Below, piece by piece: positions 10,187 to 24,884 of a stretch of DNA of 45,937 nucleotides. Position 1 is the first letter of the stretch; each line of letters opens with the position of its first letter. The position numbers and the translations under genes were made by a program. The notes below the pieces were generated by a model that saw nothing but the letters and a program-made list of their open reading frames with translations, searched no databases and was not told the origin of the DNA. The stretch lies in NCBI RefSeq assembly GCF_001194135.2, contig NC_068988.1:4464541-4510477 (forward strand). The letters are read 5' to 3'. This DNA is from Octopus bimaculoides (taxonomy: Eukaryota).

Positions 10187-11730
10187 TCATTATTATTATC
10201 GTTGTTTTCGATGTTGTTATCATTATTATTATTAAGTTAGCGGCGTACAGATTAAGTCTGGTGTCAGTCAGAATTATTTCGAAGTATTCAGCTCCCTTAA
10301 GCTTTAAATTCAGTTTTCGCCGAGGTTTGTTTCGTATTCGTGGCTGATCACTAAAATAACTAAGAAACCTGTACGCATCTACTGAAATCGATTTAATCAA
10401 TTACATCCCTGCTATGAAAGTTAGTGGCCATTTGCCAACGTGAGACACTCTTAATATTATTCGTTACTTCGTTAGACATGCTTGCATGCTTTATTAATCA
10501 TAGATAAATTTAGACAATTAAATTTAATCCAGCTGTAGATTTATCAAAAGAATCTCATTAGAAACCAGAGTAAAATCTTATCTGCGTTTTCCTAAACCGT
10601 TGCCGCTTGTTCCCCACTTTAGTTCAGGACAGATGTGCTGTATTGGGAACTGGCCAAATACGTTTACACGCTTGCACAGCTGAATATGATCGTTCATTGA
10701 ACACTTATTGAACCATTTGTGCTCATCACAATATATCCGAAAAGTCTTTAGTTGTTTAAACGTTTAAGAAGATCGAGAGCTGATCAAACCAGGTCTCTGG
10801 GCTGAATAATTCCTGCTTGGTTTCCTTTACCACTTCTAAATATTCATTTTGTTCATGGCTAGACGGACGCTATAATCACTGACTCATTCATTCTATCTCT
10901 GTCTTACTCCCCCCTCTCTTTCGCCCTCTCTCTCTCTCTCTCTCCCCTTCTTTCTCTCCACGTAGCGAATCGATTTTGTCTGAAGTGCCATTGCAGTCTA
11001 TTGGACAGAATCTCATGGCTATCGTTTTAAGGTAAGCTAACAGGTTGCGTGTTGTTGAGGTGAGTTAGATCATTCAAGCTAAAATATCGAAGTTAAAATT
11101 TTACTCACTACACTTCTCACTCAAATGTACGCAAGCACATTCACGCACCCACGCACGCACACCCACTCACACACACACTTACACACGTACACATACACAC
11201 ATACACGTACACATTAGAACACACAAAGTGAAGTACTCACACCTAAATACACTTATAAAAACGAAGAAGACGATTGTCGATGGCTGAATTAACAGCATAC
11301 AAAACTATTAGCTGAATAGTCGATAATCTACATGTTAACAGCGCAGTATTGCCTGGAGTAAAGACATTAACTCTGAACTCACCATCGCCACCTAACAACA
11401 AATAAGTACCAGAAAGTAGAAACAATTAGACAGGAGTAACAGTGTAAAATTAACGAGTGTTTCATTTGTTGGATGTTTTTGGTTCAATTCTTACATTGTA
11501 TATGTTGGAAAAAGTTTTGTTTTTTCCTAACTTGACAAGATGCGTTAAATAAAGATGATAGAATACGTACCAGTAATATATGGCGGTCACTTTCATCGAC
11601 AGTGACCCATTCTCTGGTAAAAGTAATTGTTTGTTTTATGGAGTTGTAAAAAGGAAGCATGCTAATGACTTTCTGACTTCCGCTAACCCCCCCCCCCTCC
11701 ATGCTTGGTGATGCACCCACTCAATGTATA

Positions 11731-11778
<48 letters not shown>

Positions 11779-12340
11779 TGTGTGTGTTTAGTATAACATT
11801 ATTTGACACTCAAGTATGAGTTTTGTCCCGGCTGAGCTGTTTACAACAATGAACAAACAAGCCCGAGATGAAAGTCAGGCCAGAACGTCATACTTTTGAT
11901 ATAGTATCTATGTGTATTGCGTTGTATATCAAATACTGTTTATACTACGTGACCCATATTTCAGTTTGCTCCCACCCAGCGCTCGATCAAGCTTTTCTAA
12001 ATTCAGAGGAGCCAGGAAATGTCTACAACAGAAGATTTGCAACCGAACTAAACTGAAGTAGAAGCAAAATAATGGAGCTGAAAGAATCTGTGGTAGAATG
12101 AAAAAGGCGGTCTCACTCAGCTGATGTAGCGACCATGGACCGAGAAAAAGGTAAAGGAGATATACTTGACTGCTGTTCAGAGTATTTCCTTTATTTACTC
12201 AAAATACCAGGCTACGTCAATTTGAGAATCTTGGAAAATGTGACACATCATACTTCTGATGTATCCACGGATGATTGGCCTAGTGTGAGACAAAGTGGTG
12301 TTCACCATTAATTTATTTTCAGAAAGTAACCCTGAATAGG

Positions 12341-12815
12341 CTTCCAGTAGAATTTTGAAGAAACGGCGGAAATAAACTCCTTCGATGTATTTACCACTTA
12401 ATCTTCAAACCATGAGCAGCTGCTAAACGTCTTCTCCGGTTTGGTAAGATGCTAGCGTCGACCTTATATTGAAGAAGAGAAACATGAATGCGGTAACGAA
12501 CGAAGGAATTTCTCTACTTGCTGTCGTCAAAATCATCTTTTCAAAGTTATGTTCAACACACAGAATTTAAAGAAATCATTGTAGAATTTCTACCTGAAAC
12601 TAATTGTAGGTTCAAAGGTGTAGGGCAAACATGGATACAGTTTTCTACATCTGGCACATTCAGGTTCAATGTGGCGTAGGAGTAGAACAAGGAATTATCT
12701 CTAGATATCATCGATGTAAGAAAGGAAACTGACACAATGAACAAATTAGGATTGTGGTAGGCTGTCAGAAGGTTCAGATATCCAGAAACATTCACTTCTA
12801 GGATTAATGCTATGA
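12341..12815 (+). mobile_element. Old RTE-clade LINE RT remnant
   Basis: Broken frames give LPVEF*RNGGNKLL, HECGNE..GISLLAVVK, EFLPETNCRFKG and IDVRKETDTMNKLGLW*AVRRFRYPETFTSRINAM. These are colinear with RTE RT (IP.E..K.GG, CGNYRGISLL, LPESQCGF, IDL.KAFDTVN..GLW..L.RFG.PEKF). Confidence 0.75.
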
Positions 12816-15491
12816 TTTAATCCCTACAAAATGACATAAACTGGCCATCAAAAATTAGATTATGAAGGAACGCGTGTCAGCAATTATACTACTCTTACTT
12901 CATTTGTCAATGATGTTCATGTGTGCATGCGTCTATCTCTTTCTCTCTCTCCCTCTCTATCTATCTATCTCTCTTCCTCTCTTTCTCTCTCTGTCTCCCA
13001 CTCTGTATATACATACACACACACACATGATATATGCTATATGGTATGATATGCACACGTTTATTTCTCCATGTTCTCTTCCGTTTCCATAATATGTAGC
13101 CTACACCTTAACCAGAACATTGCTCAGAACATTGACCATTCAGCTTGTGGCATTAGTTCTTATTCATAACAAGGTCAGCAGCTTTACTAAATCAGATATT
13201 ACATCTAGCTAGTTCCTTATTTACTTGGGAAATATATATCTTTCCAAAGCTACTCCAATGCGACAGGGCAATTCTATGTTTGTAATTTAAAAGGTTATAC
13301 GATTTATATTTTTTCTATTCCGAAGTACGGCCAATCAAGAGTAATCTCTTTGAACATGAAATGCTGTTACCCGAGGAAGATTGCAGCAAAGAGGCGTTTG
13401 TTAGTTGTTTTTGCGTTGTTTTTAAATATACTCAAGCGCACACGCACATACTTGATTTTGTGCAACAATTTGTGTATGACAGTATATGCTTTTAGTTGTA
13501 TGCATATGTGTGTTTTTGCATAAATTTTAGAATATGTAAGCTATTCAGTTCAAGAAGAAATTGTATTTACAATAGAACATGTTTTTCAACTTTCTTCGCT
13601 TCATACAATGGAATTTGGTTTTACAGTAGTATCAAGCAGATCAATCTTTCGAAAATAATCTATCGTGATTTTCGAGTCGTTAGAAATACAGAATAATATC
13701 TTAGAAAAGTTTTACTGGATTTGTACCATTATCTGACTGTCCAACTCTCTCTTATATCTATGTTGAGACGTTATCCACCAGACATTTATTGAATACAAAC
13801 GTTTTGTAGAATGATACCTATATCAAAATGAAAAGAATGACGAAATGGAATCAGACAAATAAAATATAAAATAAGGATAGAAGAAGAAAGTATGCATTAA
13901 AGAAATTTCTTCATAAATTTATTCCGAACATCTCTGTTCATATTCAATAACTTTGAGTGTTGCACTGGCTTTGATGTGGATTTATTTATATGGTGCTTCA
14001 TGCTGCGAAACTTGTTATCTTTGTCTGTATGTGCTTAGTTAATAATGTTTTAGATATTCATTTGGGTAGCTTCTATCAATATTTTCTGTCTATCGAGTCA
14101 CCGAGAGTTGCCATCAAATATATATATTTGATATGTTAAGGAAAGCATGTGCTGTATACATTTATAAATATCGATTGCTGTCAGTGCAGTAGCAAAGTGG
14201 GTGAAATGTTAGACTCTTTGCCCACAGGTCAAAAGATATATTCTGCCTCAGACGGTTTTGTTCGAAAAATAAGTACGAAAGATGAAGCAAAAGTTTATTG
14301 AGTTACAGAGTTCCTAAACAAGTCTGCTTATCTATTTCGTGCATACAAACATAACCTTTAATCCAGAAGCGATAGAAACTGATGAGATAGTGACAGTCGT
14401 AATATTTTCGATGCTCAAAAGGAAATGGCTGCAACCGGAAATCGAAACCGGATTGTATTTGTTGTTCACATGATCGACCCAAGTGGATTTATGTGCGGGT
14501 CCTTATAAATGGTCAAATTTGCATTAGTGAAATCAGTAAAACGAAATAACTATAACCACAAATTGAAATACTGCTGCAAGCTATTCTATGACTGGTTGTT
14601 GTATCTATAAGAAAAGGAAGGTAGATTTATTGGGATGAAGACTGAGATTGCATGCGTGATTATGTCATTGCCAATTATATTAATGACATACTCGGAGCTT
14701 AATACTACACCATGGCTCTTGACTAACAGCATTGGATACTAATGAAGAACGGTTCAGAAGTTTAGACTATGCACTTAATTCACAAGGGTGTCTTCTTTAA
14801 TATTGCAAAGAATTGAATGGAAGATGGCGAATATCGTAGAGCTGAAGTTATTTATCATTGAACTGAAATTGTGAATTAATTTGAATTCCATGTTGAATCT
14901 ACTCCGATTTCGTCGTTAATGCCTCGGTAAAACGAATGAATGTTACACATTCAATCATCTCGTAAATTATCAATATAAGGCCCTATACTTTGTCAAAAGA
15001 GATCAATAATAGATATGAAGACGTTTCAGGTAGCTACAAATAGGCTTAGTTATACCGTTAACAAGACATTTAATGATTATCTACCAGTCTTGCGATGATT
15101 TATCTAGCAGTCTACAACTGAAGACAACTGTCCAAGGTGAGAATGAATCTAGGAACATGTGGTGGCAAGGAAAAACGTCTTAACCACACATCTAGAAATA
15201 AATTTTCCGGGAATAAACAATATATTCAAATTATATATATATATATATATATATATAGTAGATAAATAATATAGAATGTATGTAATATAGAATGTATATA
15301 ATATAGATATATAATATATATAATATATATATGCACTAATAGAACCAAATAAGATTTCATTGTTATTTATGTGATACATAGACTGGAAAATCCCCCCTCA
15401 AAAATATATAAAACAACCCAATTAAAAAGTGATTGTAGAGTCACATGGTTTAGGTGGCTTTTTGGATGCTCGTCCGTTTAAAATGAGTTAT

Positions 15492-15575
15492 TGTTATTGT
15501 TTAGCCTGAGGTGAGCCATGGTGAAACAGATCAATGACCTAAGCCATTCCAACTGCGACCATCACGTTATCTTTC
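15492..15575 (-). repeat. Short interspersed repeat fragment, related to 3700-3780
   Basis: See 3700-3780. Confidence 0.45.
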
Positions 15576-16723
15576 GGTCAGCATTCACTTAGAAATGTAT
15601 TTCTGAAACGTTCTTCCTTTTTCTAAGACTGTAGTGTGTGACTTGGAGTGAAATTTGACTGCTACTTTTACCAAAATAAAGCAATCGCGAAGAGGTTTCT
15701 TCAGTAATTTGGGTTTCCTAATTGACTGATTTAGAAAACATGCATCACAAATGTAAAGAGTAGCGTATCAGAAGTGTTAAATGTTTCTTTATATATCCGT
15801 AAATGTTTCCAGAGCAGGAGAGAATGCAGTCAACATGAACCTGCAAGATAGTCACGGCTGAAGTCATCTCATATCGTATCAGGTTTTCACTAACTTTCAA
15901 CTTCTGTTTCTGATAAGTCCTTAAGTTTGTCAAATCCTGCGCATGTTTCAAAAGGTTTCTCCGAACACTTCTTCGAAACTGTTTTCTTGTCGCATATTTC
16001 CGAACGAAATGTGTTACATGAGAAATCGATTTCATTACAAAGTTCAATATTAACGTATTGTTGAAAATGACGGAAAATGAGAAGAATGAAGACGTTAAAC
16101 TTTCGAAGATATAAAAATTTACAATGCTGAATATTGATGAATTTCTTGTCGAAAATGAAAAAAGAACAAGAACCACAAAAAAGTTCAACATTAGAATTTT
16201 TATAAAAGAAAATTGCAATGTTAAATATCAATGAATTCTTGTCCAAAAATTCGAGTTACAACTTTGAAAAAGATTCAATTTTTACTTTATTCGAAAATAT
16301 ATCGACAAAGTAAAAAGAAATACTATGAGCCAGGAATCGATAGTATTTAATAAGACGGCTGGTATTAGATTCATAGATTCATGCAACTAGTGATATGCAT
16401 ATATACATAGTTGCAAAAGTTGCATATTAGAAACTGCAGGCTTTCTCGTAATTCCCAACATTATTTATGTAGCAAATTACTCCACAGAATTTGTTTGACA
16501 GAGTTCCTGCTTCTTTTTATGTATAGAACGATAAACCGCATGAGAAAACGTTACGCAAGTTTAAACAATATTATATGAATTCTTCTATACACCGGAGTAA
16601 TTGCCACTCAGACACCAGCATTATTAATGAGTTGAATTATTATTATAATAAATAGTTATACTATGTCTAGAAACCTTTGTGACATGTTGCAATATATATC
16701 GTTTTAAGTAAACATGATGGAGA

Positions 16724-16726
<3 letters not shown>

Positions 16727-16770
<44 letters not shown>
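16727..16770. repeat. (AG)n microsatellite
   Basis: Direct reading. Confidence 0.97.
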
Positions 16771-16775
<5 letters not shown>

Positions 16776-17807
16776 GGGGAGAGGGAAAATGGCAAAGGAC
16801 AAATTCTCTCTCCGCAACATGGTATCAAGTTTGGTTTAGGATCGTCTACCGTTAACAGAATGACAGGTTCTGAGACGTGTCTCTTGCAAGTGATCTACAA
16901 CATATTTTCTGCAGTTGAGTGAACTGAAACTAAATTAAAGATCATAAACCCATATTGCCTTTCTCGTTAATCCTATAATCTAAACTGTCCACTAAGCGTA
17001 TCTGTATATGCGAATGCGTATATGTATGTCCGTGTGTCTGCGCGGGTGTTTGTGTGAGTGTTTGTGTGAGTATTTGTGTGTGTGTGTGTGTGTGTGTGTG
17101 TCTCCGTATCGATCTAACCTCAGACTGCCGTTTAAGCATTTCTGATTCGTATTGTGTCAATAACATTATGTTGTGTTTAAGCTGAGACACTTCAAAATTC
17201 ACCCTGACTCAATAGAATTCGATTCAAATTATGGACATCATGTCCAAATAGTGTGTTCTCGCAATTGGCTTACTCCCTTCCTCATACAAACTGTATCTTG
17301 ATTCTATCAAAAATGACATTCTAGTAATTAACCCTGATTGCATTAAATAGCATGAGCACTGTTTAATTAACGAATATTCCTTTATTTTACAGTAGCCTTT
17401 TCTTATGAACTTTATTTATGATGGAAGTATCTCCGTCCGGCTTTTATCTTAACCAGTTCAATCTTATTCGGTAATATTGTATTGAGAGAGAATTAGTGTT
17501 TTATGTGTGAAATCCTTTAACAATTTACCAGCAGCCAAAATATCGACTGGTTATCCAATATTGTATTGATTCAGCATACTTCTAAACACATTCCACGTGG
17601 AACTTAATGGGTTATGTAACATCTTGTAGATGTTGAATCTCCATGTAGCAGGAGAGAGATAATCACTGCACGTTTTCCGACTTATTGGCTACAGCCGTAT
17701 ATTGCAGATAAGTGATACGGCCCAATGGAGAAGCGAATCTACATTGCAAACTCTACTGGCTCATATGAGCTTTCCATCAATCGGCAACTCTCGTATGAAA
17801 TCCTACT

Positions 17808-17882
<75 letters not shown>
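17808..17882. repeat. (AGC)n(AGT)n compound microsatellite
   Basis: Direct reading; source of the poly-Ser ORF 17702-17911. Confidence 0.97.
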
Positions 17883-19944
17883 AATTTTACGCCTTTGAGT
17901 TTTTTGAATAGTTAATTTTCCTTCCTATGAGGTGGATGGAAATAACTTAGGAAAATCGGAAGAGGTCCCGATTTTATGAAGAAATATTCAATTTTGCGGC
18001 TCACCCTTATAAATATTTGTATCATTCTAAATAACTGTTAAACCAGTATCTTTTCAAGAGAAATATTTTCCTTCCATTCATTCAACTTTAAAGAAAAATG
18101 ATTTGAGCACAAGATTCATACAACCTTGCAATTAGAAAAAGGATTAGCTTGTTTTCAAAATTCGACGAAATACTTTATTAGGAAATTTATAGGGAAAAAA
18201 AATTTTAAAAACTTCTTCTGATGGATTTCCTATATATCGGGATATTGTCTTTGAAAGATTGCAATTTTCTGTAAGGCATAATTTTTGGCATCAGAAGTCT
18301 CTTAGTGAATTTCTCCCTTTCATTTTCCAATTATCTTTTACCTACACATTTATCTTAATATTTTATTTCATTTTTATTCCTGAATCATTTTTTTTATCCT
18401 TCTTATTATTCTCTTTTGCATATCTCTATTTCGTCTTTATATATGATTTCCTTTCAGCATTTTAGCTGATTGCTGAACAACAACAACTTTACTACTACTA
18501 CTACTACTACTACTACCGATGCTGCTGCTGCTGCTACTGCTACTACTAATAATAATAATCATGACAATCAATGTAATATGCCTGTTTAAGTGAGTGGGTC
18601 GTTATTTTCTCTTCTTGTTAAGTTTGTTTTTAACGAGATCTGCATAAAAATAAAATACATAAACACCCAAAAATAACCCTAGGATAAAAAAAAAACTATT
18701 TAATGCCGACTGGAATAAAATGAACTGAACTACTCTGACGTTTCATTTGTTTCCTTCATTGCTGTGAAATATCCCGACATCCTCTTCTTGAAACGTACTC
18801 TATGTCTGCTTAATCCAGTATCCAGTGAAAGTTTATCCAACTAGAATTACAAACTACACAACTCCTAGCCTCCCACTTCATTGTCAATAGATTGACTTAG
18901 AAATAGCTTCTTGTTTATTCATCGAAATTTTCATTCGGTCATCATAACTGCTTCTTCTTATTCCTGATTTAAATGCATGAGAAGGACATTCCAATTTACT
19001 TAAACAGAAATGATTTAAAGAGAGACAAAAAAAAAAAAAAAAAAATTCCAATAACTCTCATAAAAAAATCCGTTTGACTGAACGACATTTGATTCGATGC
19101 ATTCTTATGATTAACTTCTTACTGCAAAATACCGATGTACGATTTAAAAGTTTAATTCATCTGCGACAGTATCTTCTACTGGGATTTAAATGTATTCTGC
19201 AGCTTAATGCAACAATGAGAAGATATTCTTTTTATATTTGCTTTGTAAATCAATCAAATGATGCTCATGAGAAATTGTACAAGTATTCAGTTAATCTTCT
19301 ATGAATCTTACTAAAATTGCATACGTTCACTATGGCGGCTTATAAATACTGATTATCAGTTAGGAAGGTTACTTCATCATTCCGACTTCTAACAGTGGAT
19401 TGATGTATATGCCACTCGTATTTCTCATAAACATATTTATCTGTGTATAATAGTGATGTTTAGTCAGGAAATATGAGAGACTATTTCTAACCTAACAAGA
19501 TATTCTCAGTCCCGAACGAACAGAAATTGATATTCTGCCGCTGATATGCTTACATTAACACAATACTTGAAATTAGAATGGCGACTTCTACATTAATACG
19601 TACCTCTACAACGATCTTCACCAGCGCGAGTTCTGAGATTATGCTATAGCTAAAAAGCCAGTGAGTATGCATGATAACAAGCAGTGAGTACATATGATAG
19701 AATGAATGCATACAAGTACTATTAATTTTTTAAAATTCGCTTTTTTGCCCATTTTCATACGTTAATTAGAGTCTATATAATAAATGGTTCAAAATTTATG
19801 GAGTAATTATTTTCATCTTTCGAGTTCGTTGCCTAGCAAATCAAGAAGTTTCCATGATACAACTGAAAATTTATTGGGAAAACAAATAGTTAAAAGTATC
19901 ATATTGGTTTCAAATCTTGACACAAGGGTAGCAGTTTCGGAGAC

Positions 19945-20118
19945 GGGGTGTAAATCAATGTCATCGACCCCAGTGCTCAACTGGTACTTCTTCTATTGAC
20001 CACAAAAGGATGGAAGGTAAACTCAACATTGGCAGAATTTGAACTTAGGACGTAAAGACCGATGAAATGCCGCTAAGCATTTTACCTGGCGCGCTAACGA
20101 TTCTGACAGCTCACCACC
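19945..20118 (-). mobile_element. tRNA-type SINE (family B) copy
   Basis: Reverse complement has ggtgagctgtcagaatcgttagcgcgccaggtaaaatgcttagcggcatttc...aagttcaaattctgcc...aagtaccagttgagcactggggtcgat. Confidence 0.85.
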
Positions 20119-20160
20119 TTCAAATATCCTAATAAAAACAACATATCCCTTTCCGAAATA

Positions 20161-20345
20161 TACCGCAAAAACTCCAATGATTTGCGATTTCACGAGCCTT
20201 TGTGGGATATTATCATTAGCATTGTCCGGTGGAAGCATGAAGTTTTATGACTCTTTCCTCAATTGTAAACAAGCTGAAATGATAGTCCAAGAGTTATGGT
20301 TATGTAGTATTCCTTCTCAAATACTTCCAAGATTGATTCTTGAAA
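20161..20345 (+). mobile_element. Very old Tc1-like transposase C-terminal trace
   Basis: NSNDLRFHEPLWDII (20170-20214) matches the Tc1 motif NSPDLNPIENLWDII at 10/15 positions with the same spacing. A shifted frame continues MIVQELW..IPSQILPRLI. Confidence 0.45.
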
Positions 20346-20710
20346 GGCCGAATAGTTTTCATAAATATATATTTAAGGAACATCAGAAAAATGTTAACGA
20401 AATGCAGAATGGAAAAGTCTTTCGGAGATTAAGAAGTTACTTCTTTTATTGCTGATCGAAAAGGCAATAAGGATAAATTTAATCTCCTTTGAAAGAGGAA
20501 AAGGAAGCAGAATACAAGGTTGACACAACGGAAGTTACAAGTTACTCTTCAACTCACTTGATAATGAATAATATTTTTTTAATTTACCTAATTCATTATA
20601 TTAAAATATAATTTATTCTACCCATATTTATTCATAAACACACACATACACACATATATATACGCATATGTATGTACGTGTGCATGTGTGCGTGCGTGTG
20701 TGAATGTGTG

Positions 20711-20763
<53 letters not shown>

Positions 20764-21726
20764 ATACTTGGGTACCACTGGAAGGCTTTTTTCCTCTTCA
20801 TTCAGCGTACGGACGTCGCCGCATGTTTCAGTAAGTTCTGATTTTGCTCTATATTTTATCGATTGGACTTACTGTCTTCAAGCAAAACCGAACCTGTTCA
20901 GACTGATGGTGTTGTGTTAAACACATTAACCCCAAAATATAAGCAAATATACATCCTCCCACATATAGAGATACATATATACATATACACACACAGATAT
21001 ACACACACGTACATAGATTCATATACACCCAACGGGATTCTGATCAATTTCCTTCGAAAAACTTTTTTCACAAGATATTGGGTGATTCTATGAAACGGTA
21101 AAGAATTATTTCTCAAAATGGTGGGAAATAGGACTGAATCTGGAATAACATGGTTGCCAACTCAACTTCGTTACAACATGGCCATGACTGTGTCTATGTT
21201 ATGCGTGCATGGGAGTGTGTGTGTGTCTCAGTGTGTGTATGTGTGGTTCTCCCTGTGTATCTGAATGTACGTGTGTATGCGCGCCTGTATTTAATTATAT
21301 TAGAAGTTCGTTAGTTCAAGATAACTATCATACTACGTGTGAATCTTTATTTTAAACACGTCTTAATCAGTAAAATATATTCCAATTAAACTCAATCAGG
21401 TTGAAGAAGAGACAGAAGAAAAGAAGGGAATAAAGGAAGAAAGAAAAAAAAACGGAAAATAAGTTCACAGATGAAGACCAAACGAGGAAAGATGTTATCG
21501 TTGAATAAGAATTTTGACAAATGACAATTCTGCAGTGAGATTAGAAACTAAATGTATTTAACCTTCGAAATTTGATAGATTTCACGTTTCAAGTGTGGTC
21601 TCCTAAATTCATTTGCTTCTATCATTTATTTTTGTTCTTTTGGGTTTTATGTTTTACTGATAACGAATCTTAGCATTGCCGATGCCATTAACACAGTTCT
21701 TATGAACACATGTTGCTGCTGCAGTG

Positions 21727-22071
21727 NNNNNNNNNNNNNNNNNNNNNNNNNNNNNNNNNNNNNNNNNNNNNNNNNNNNNNNNNNNNNNNNNNNNNNNNNN
21801 NNNNNNNNNNNNNNNNNNNNNNNNNNNNNNNNNNNNNNNNNNNNNNNNNNNNNNNNNNNNNNNNNNNNNNNNNNNNNNNNNNNNNNNNNNNNNNNNNNNN
21901 NNNNNNNNNNNNNNNNNNNNNNNNNNNNNNNNNNNNNNNNNNNNNNNNNNNNNNNNNNNNNNNNNNNNNNNNNNNNNNNNNNNNNNNNNNNNNNNNNNNN
22001 NNNNNNNNNNNNNNNNNNNNNNNNNNNNNNNNNNNNNNNNNNNNNNNNNNNNNNNNNNNNNNNNNNNNNNN
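21727..22071. other. Assembly gap (N run)
   Basis: Run of N. Confidence 1.
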
Positions 22072-23109
22072 TATATATATATATATGGAAAACCAGCAAC
22101 GACGTCGTAGAAGATACCAGAATGAAAACAACGTCGGATTCGACCCCTTGATTTATTGTCGATTAGACTCCAATACTTAACTTGTAACTGTATTGTCATT
22201 ATTATCAAACCGGAAGGGTGACAAATAACATTTCAACTATATAGGCGTTAATATTCGTATATAGCTACTATCTCGACATTGGTGGGACTCTTCAGTACGG
22301 AATAACTTATACTCTAGGAATGTATTAATATCTGTTTTAGAAAGATCTAAATAGCTAACCAGAAGAGCCCATATTATTGAATTTTACCACAAGTGCCATG
22401 AGGCTAAAAGATATCTGGATATTTTGTATTACAAATCTGGGTTCTGAACCTGTATGTTCCAGAATATCAGTACAAATCAGGGGAATTTCTAATACTAAAA
22501 TAAGTCTTTGGGAAATCCAAAACCACTTTAAATGATTGACTTGGACAACTATTTTCAACAAAAATATTCCCCGGTAAACATGCATGTGAAATACAGCAGT
22601 CACATAAGAGGCAATGGATTCATGTTCAATTGACAGATGTAGAACACGAAAGGTAACACACGTAAACTAGAACGAAAGTCACGTAGATAAGGCGTAAGTA
22701 CAATTAAGAAGAGAGTAACATAAACAAATCCAATGTAGAAATGAACCCCATTAAAAACAATGAAATTTGTCTTGGAGGAAAATGTTACTTTCATATAACT
22801 GTTATTAAATATTATGTGACTGCACAAAATTACAAAATACAAAGACAAAAGGAATCACTGATGACCAACCATCAAGCATCACATAATCTACAACATCACC
22901 GAGTTACTCATCTACAGGGAGTGATTTCCAGAGCAAAACAAACGAAGATAATGCAATAATTCAGGTCCAGTGAAAATTGCCATTGTTAATCATATTCCGG
23001 TTTAGTCGGCCTACTCGTGTCACAAAAACCTACACACAAGAAACAGAAATCCAAAGCTGATCGAGTCTCATCAAGAAGGTTAACTGCTAAACAAAAAAAT
23101 TTACTTGTT

Positions 23110-24040
23110 CTCAGACGTCATCGTTTTGGTTTTCAACCAACACAGAACGCATTAAAGATTTTGACTGTTGTCTTACATAAATAGAAAAATCTTCAGGACA
23201 TGTGCTTTCATTAAAGTCTCTGACCTCACATAAACTTTTGGCAACGTGGCATAATGGATAGCTCTGGTTCTCTAAAACTGAAAAGGATACGTAGTAACTA
23301 ATTGTCAAGAAAACTACCCTAATGGAAGATTAATCTAATTCACTCTCTTTAAGGTCACTCAAAATGATTCATTACTCATTATGCATCAGTCCCACACCAC
23401 TCCACTAAGTGTTTGCTCTGATTTTACCTCTGTTTTCTATGAAAGCATTGCACAAATGGCCTCATCTTATTTGTACCAATAAAACCAGTAACTGAAAATG
23501 GCCTGGCAGTCACTTGAAGAGAAATCTTTGAGGTATGAAACTATGCAAATGTCGGAATATAGCATATGAGACAAAACATGCTTTATAGATGGTAGTTCAG
23601 TGCCTCACACTTCTTTATCCGGTTTGTGTGTTTGTAAAGCCCGCCGAGAGTTACTTCAGATCCATAATAGATCGAGCAAATACGTTTCTTCCAAACCAGA
23701 TCAATCTCAAATCGCTGTCATTTCCATTCACTGTTCATTTATATCTACCTCTATGGACTTCCGAATAAAATATCAGATCAGATGGCTTCAAATTAACAGG
23801 ATATATTTATCCTTAAGGTGGATAGAAATTAATGTATAGTCGGAGCTTTCAGTGAGTTGGTAATAATATAACATCATTTCACAGAGCTGAAAGAATCGTG
23901 CATTTTTGAATGGTAACCAAAACAACTTAAGAAAATAAGCAGGCCACAATGAAGATGTTAATACTGAGTTTAAATTGTAACTATGTGATTGTAATGAAAT
24001 ACAATGAACACACGCAACATCTGGGAATAATGGATACATA
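23110..24040 (+). mobile_element. Highly decayed CR1/Jockey-group LINE RT, tentative
   Basis: Colinear weak motifs: RFGFQPTQNALKILTVV (~QYGF..RST.D.LT), DLT*TFGNV/WHNG (~D.SKAFD.VWH.G), ASVPHHS (~GVPQGS), NYANV (~YADD) and SVSW (~DLSW). Confidence 0.35.
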
Positions 24041-24484
24041 AGAAGGTCATGTTGATTGAGGACGTAAGAAAAGAAAAAAATACGATAATTCAAATTAGAC
24101 AGATCAAGTATTGGTAAAGCTAGATTCGCCAGAGATCAGGTTAAATCCCAAAACTTCATCGTGTGAAGAAATAAATAGACAGATGACTGTCAGTCGCTGT
24201 ATTATCAGCTTTGTGAGAGCAGAATAAGAAAATAATACGTGAACACATACAATTACTTACAACAGCTTTAATTATCACCTTATGCATTTAAAGTACCGCA
24301 ATTATGTGGCAAGACTTTATAATAATAGATAATAAAAGCGAAAATGTCTACTGTTAGATAGAATTCATGTTGGTGTTAATTATATACAAGTTTCAATATT
24401 AAAACAAAGATTTGGTATAGTTTAAAAACAACTGGTGGTTGTGTGCGAGCGTTTGTCCACGTGTGTATGCATACATTATATATG

Positions 24485-24527
<43 letters not shown>

Positions 24528-24790
24528 AATGTCTGTTCATTCATATATGTGTGTTTGCGTGTGTGTATATATATAATATTTGTGATAATGATATTCCCTA
24601 GTATTGCATTAACGATAATATTTCTTTGTGCAGAGTTTAGGAAAGGGCTCGGCAAAAGAGAGGTGTCTAATTTCATCAGAATACAATAATGAAGAGTATG
24701 AAAATGCCTCAACCGAAAGACACATGGATAATAAATCAACGTGTTTATATAAGTATGTATACATGTATACGTGTGTATAAATAAATACTG

Positions 24791-24845
<55 letters not shown>

Positions 24846-24884
24846 CATGTGTATGTATGTATATATGTATACGTATGATTAGTG

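Noticed and set aside
14820-14860. EDGEYRRAEVI (Tudor/chromo-like) or WKMANIVEL (BEL-like) peptides
   Set aside because: Very short, bounded by stops, with no splice signals or further motifs.
17400-17700. Possible APE endonuclease trace on the minus strand (GD-FNIY)
   Set aside because: A single weak motif that requires a frameshift; insufficient support.
18770-18990. Possible APE trace on the plus strand (YPDILFLKRT ... PDLNA)
   Set aside because: Too degenerate to distinguish from chance without a profile search.
936-22208. Long ORFs containing X runs (936-1528; 21647-22208)
   Set aside because: They are artefacts of N gaps, which contain no stop codons.
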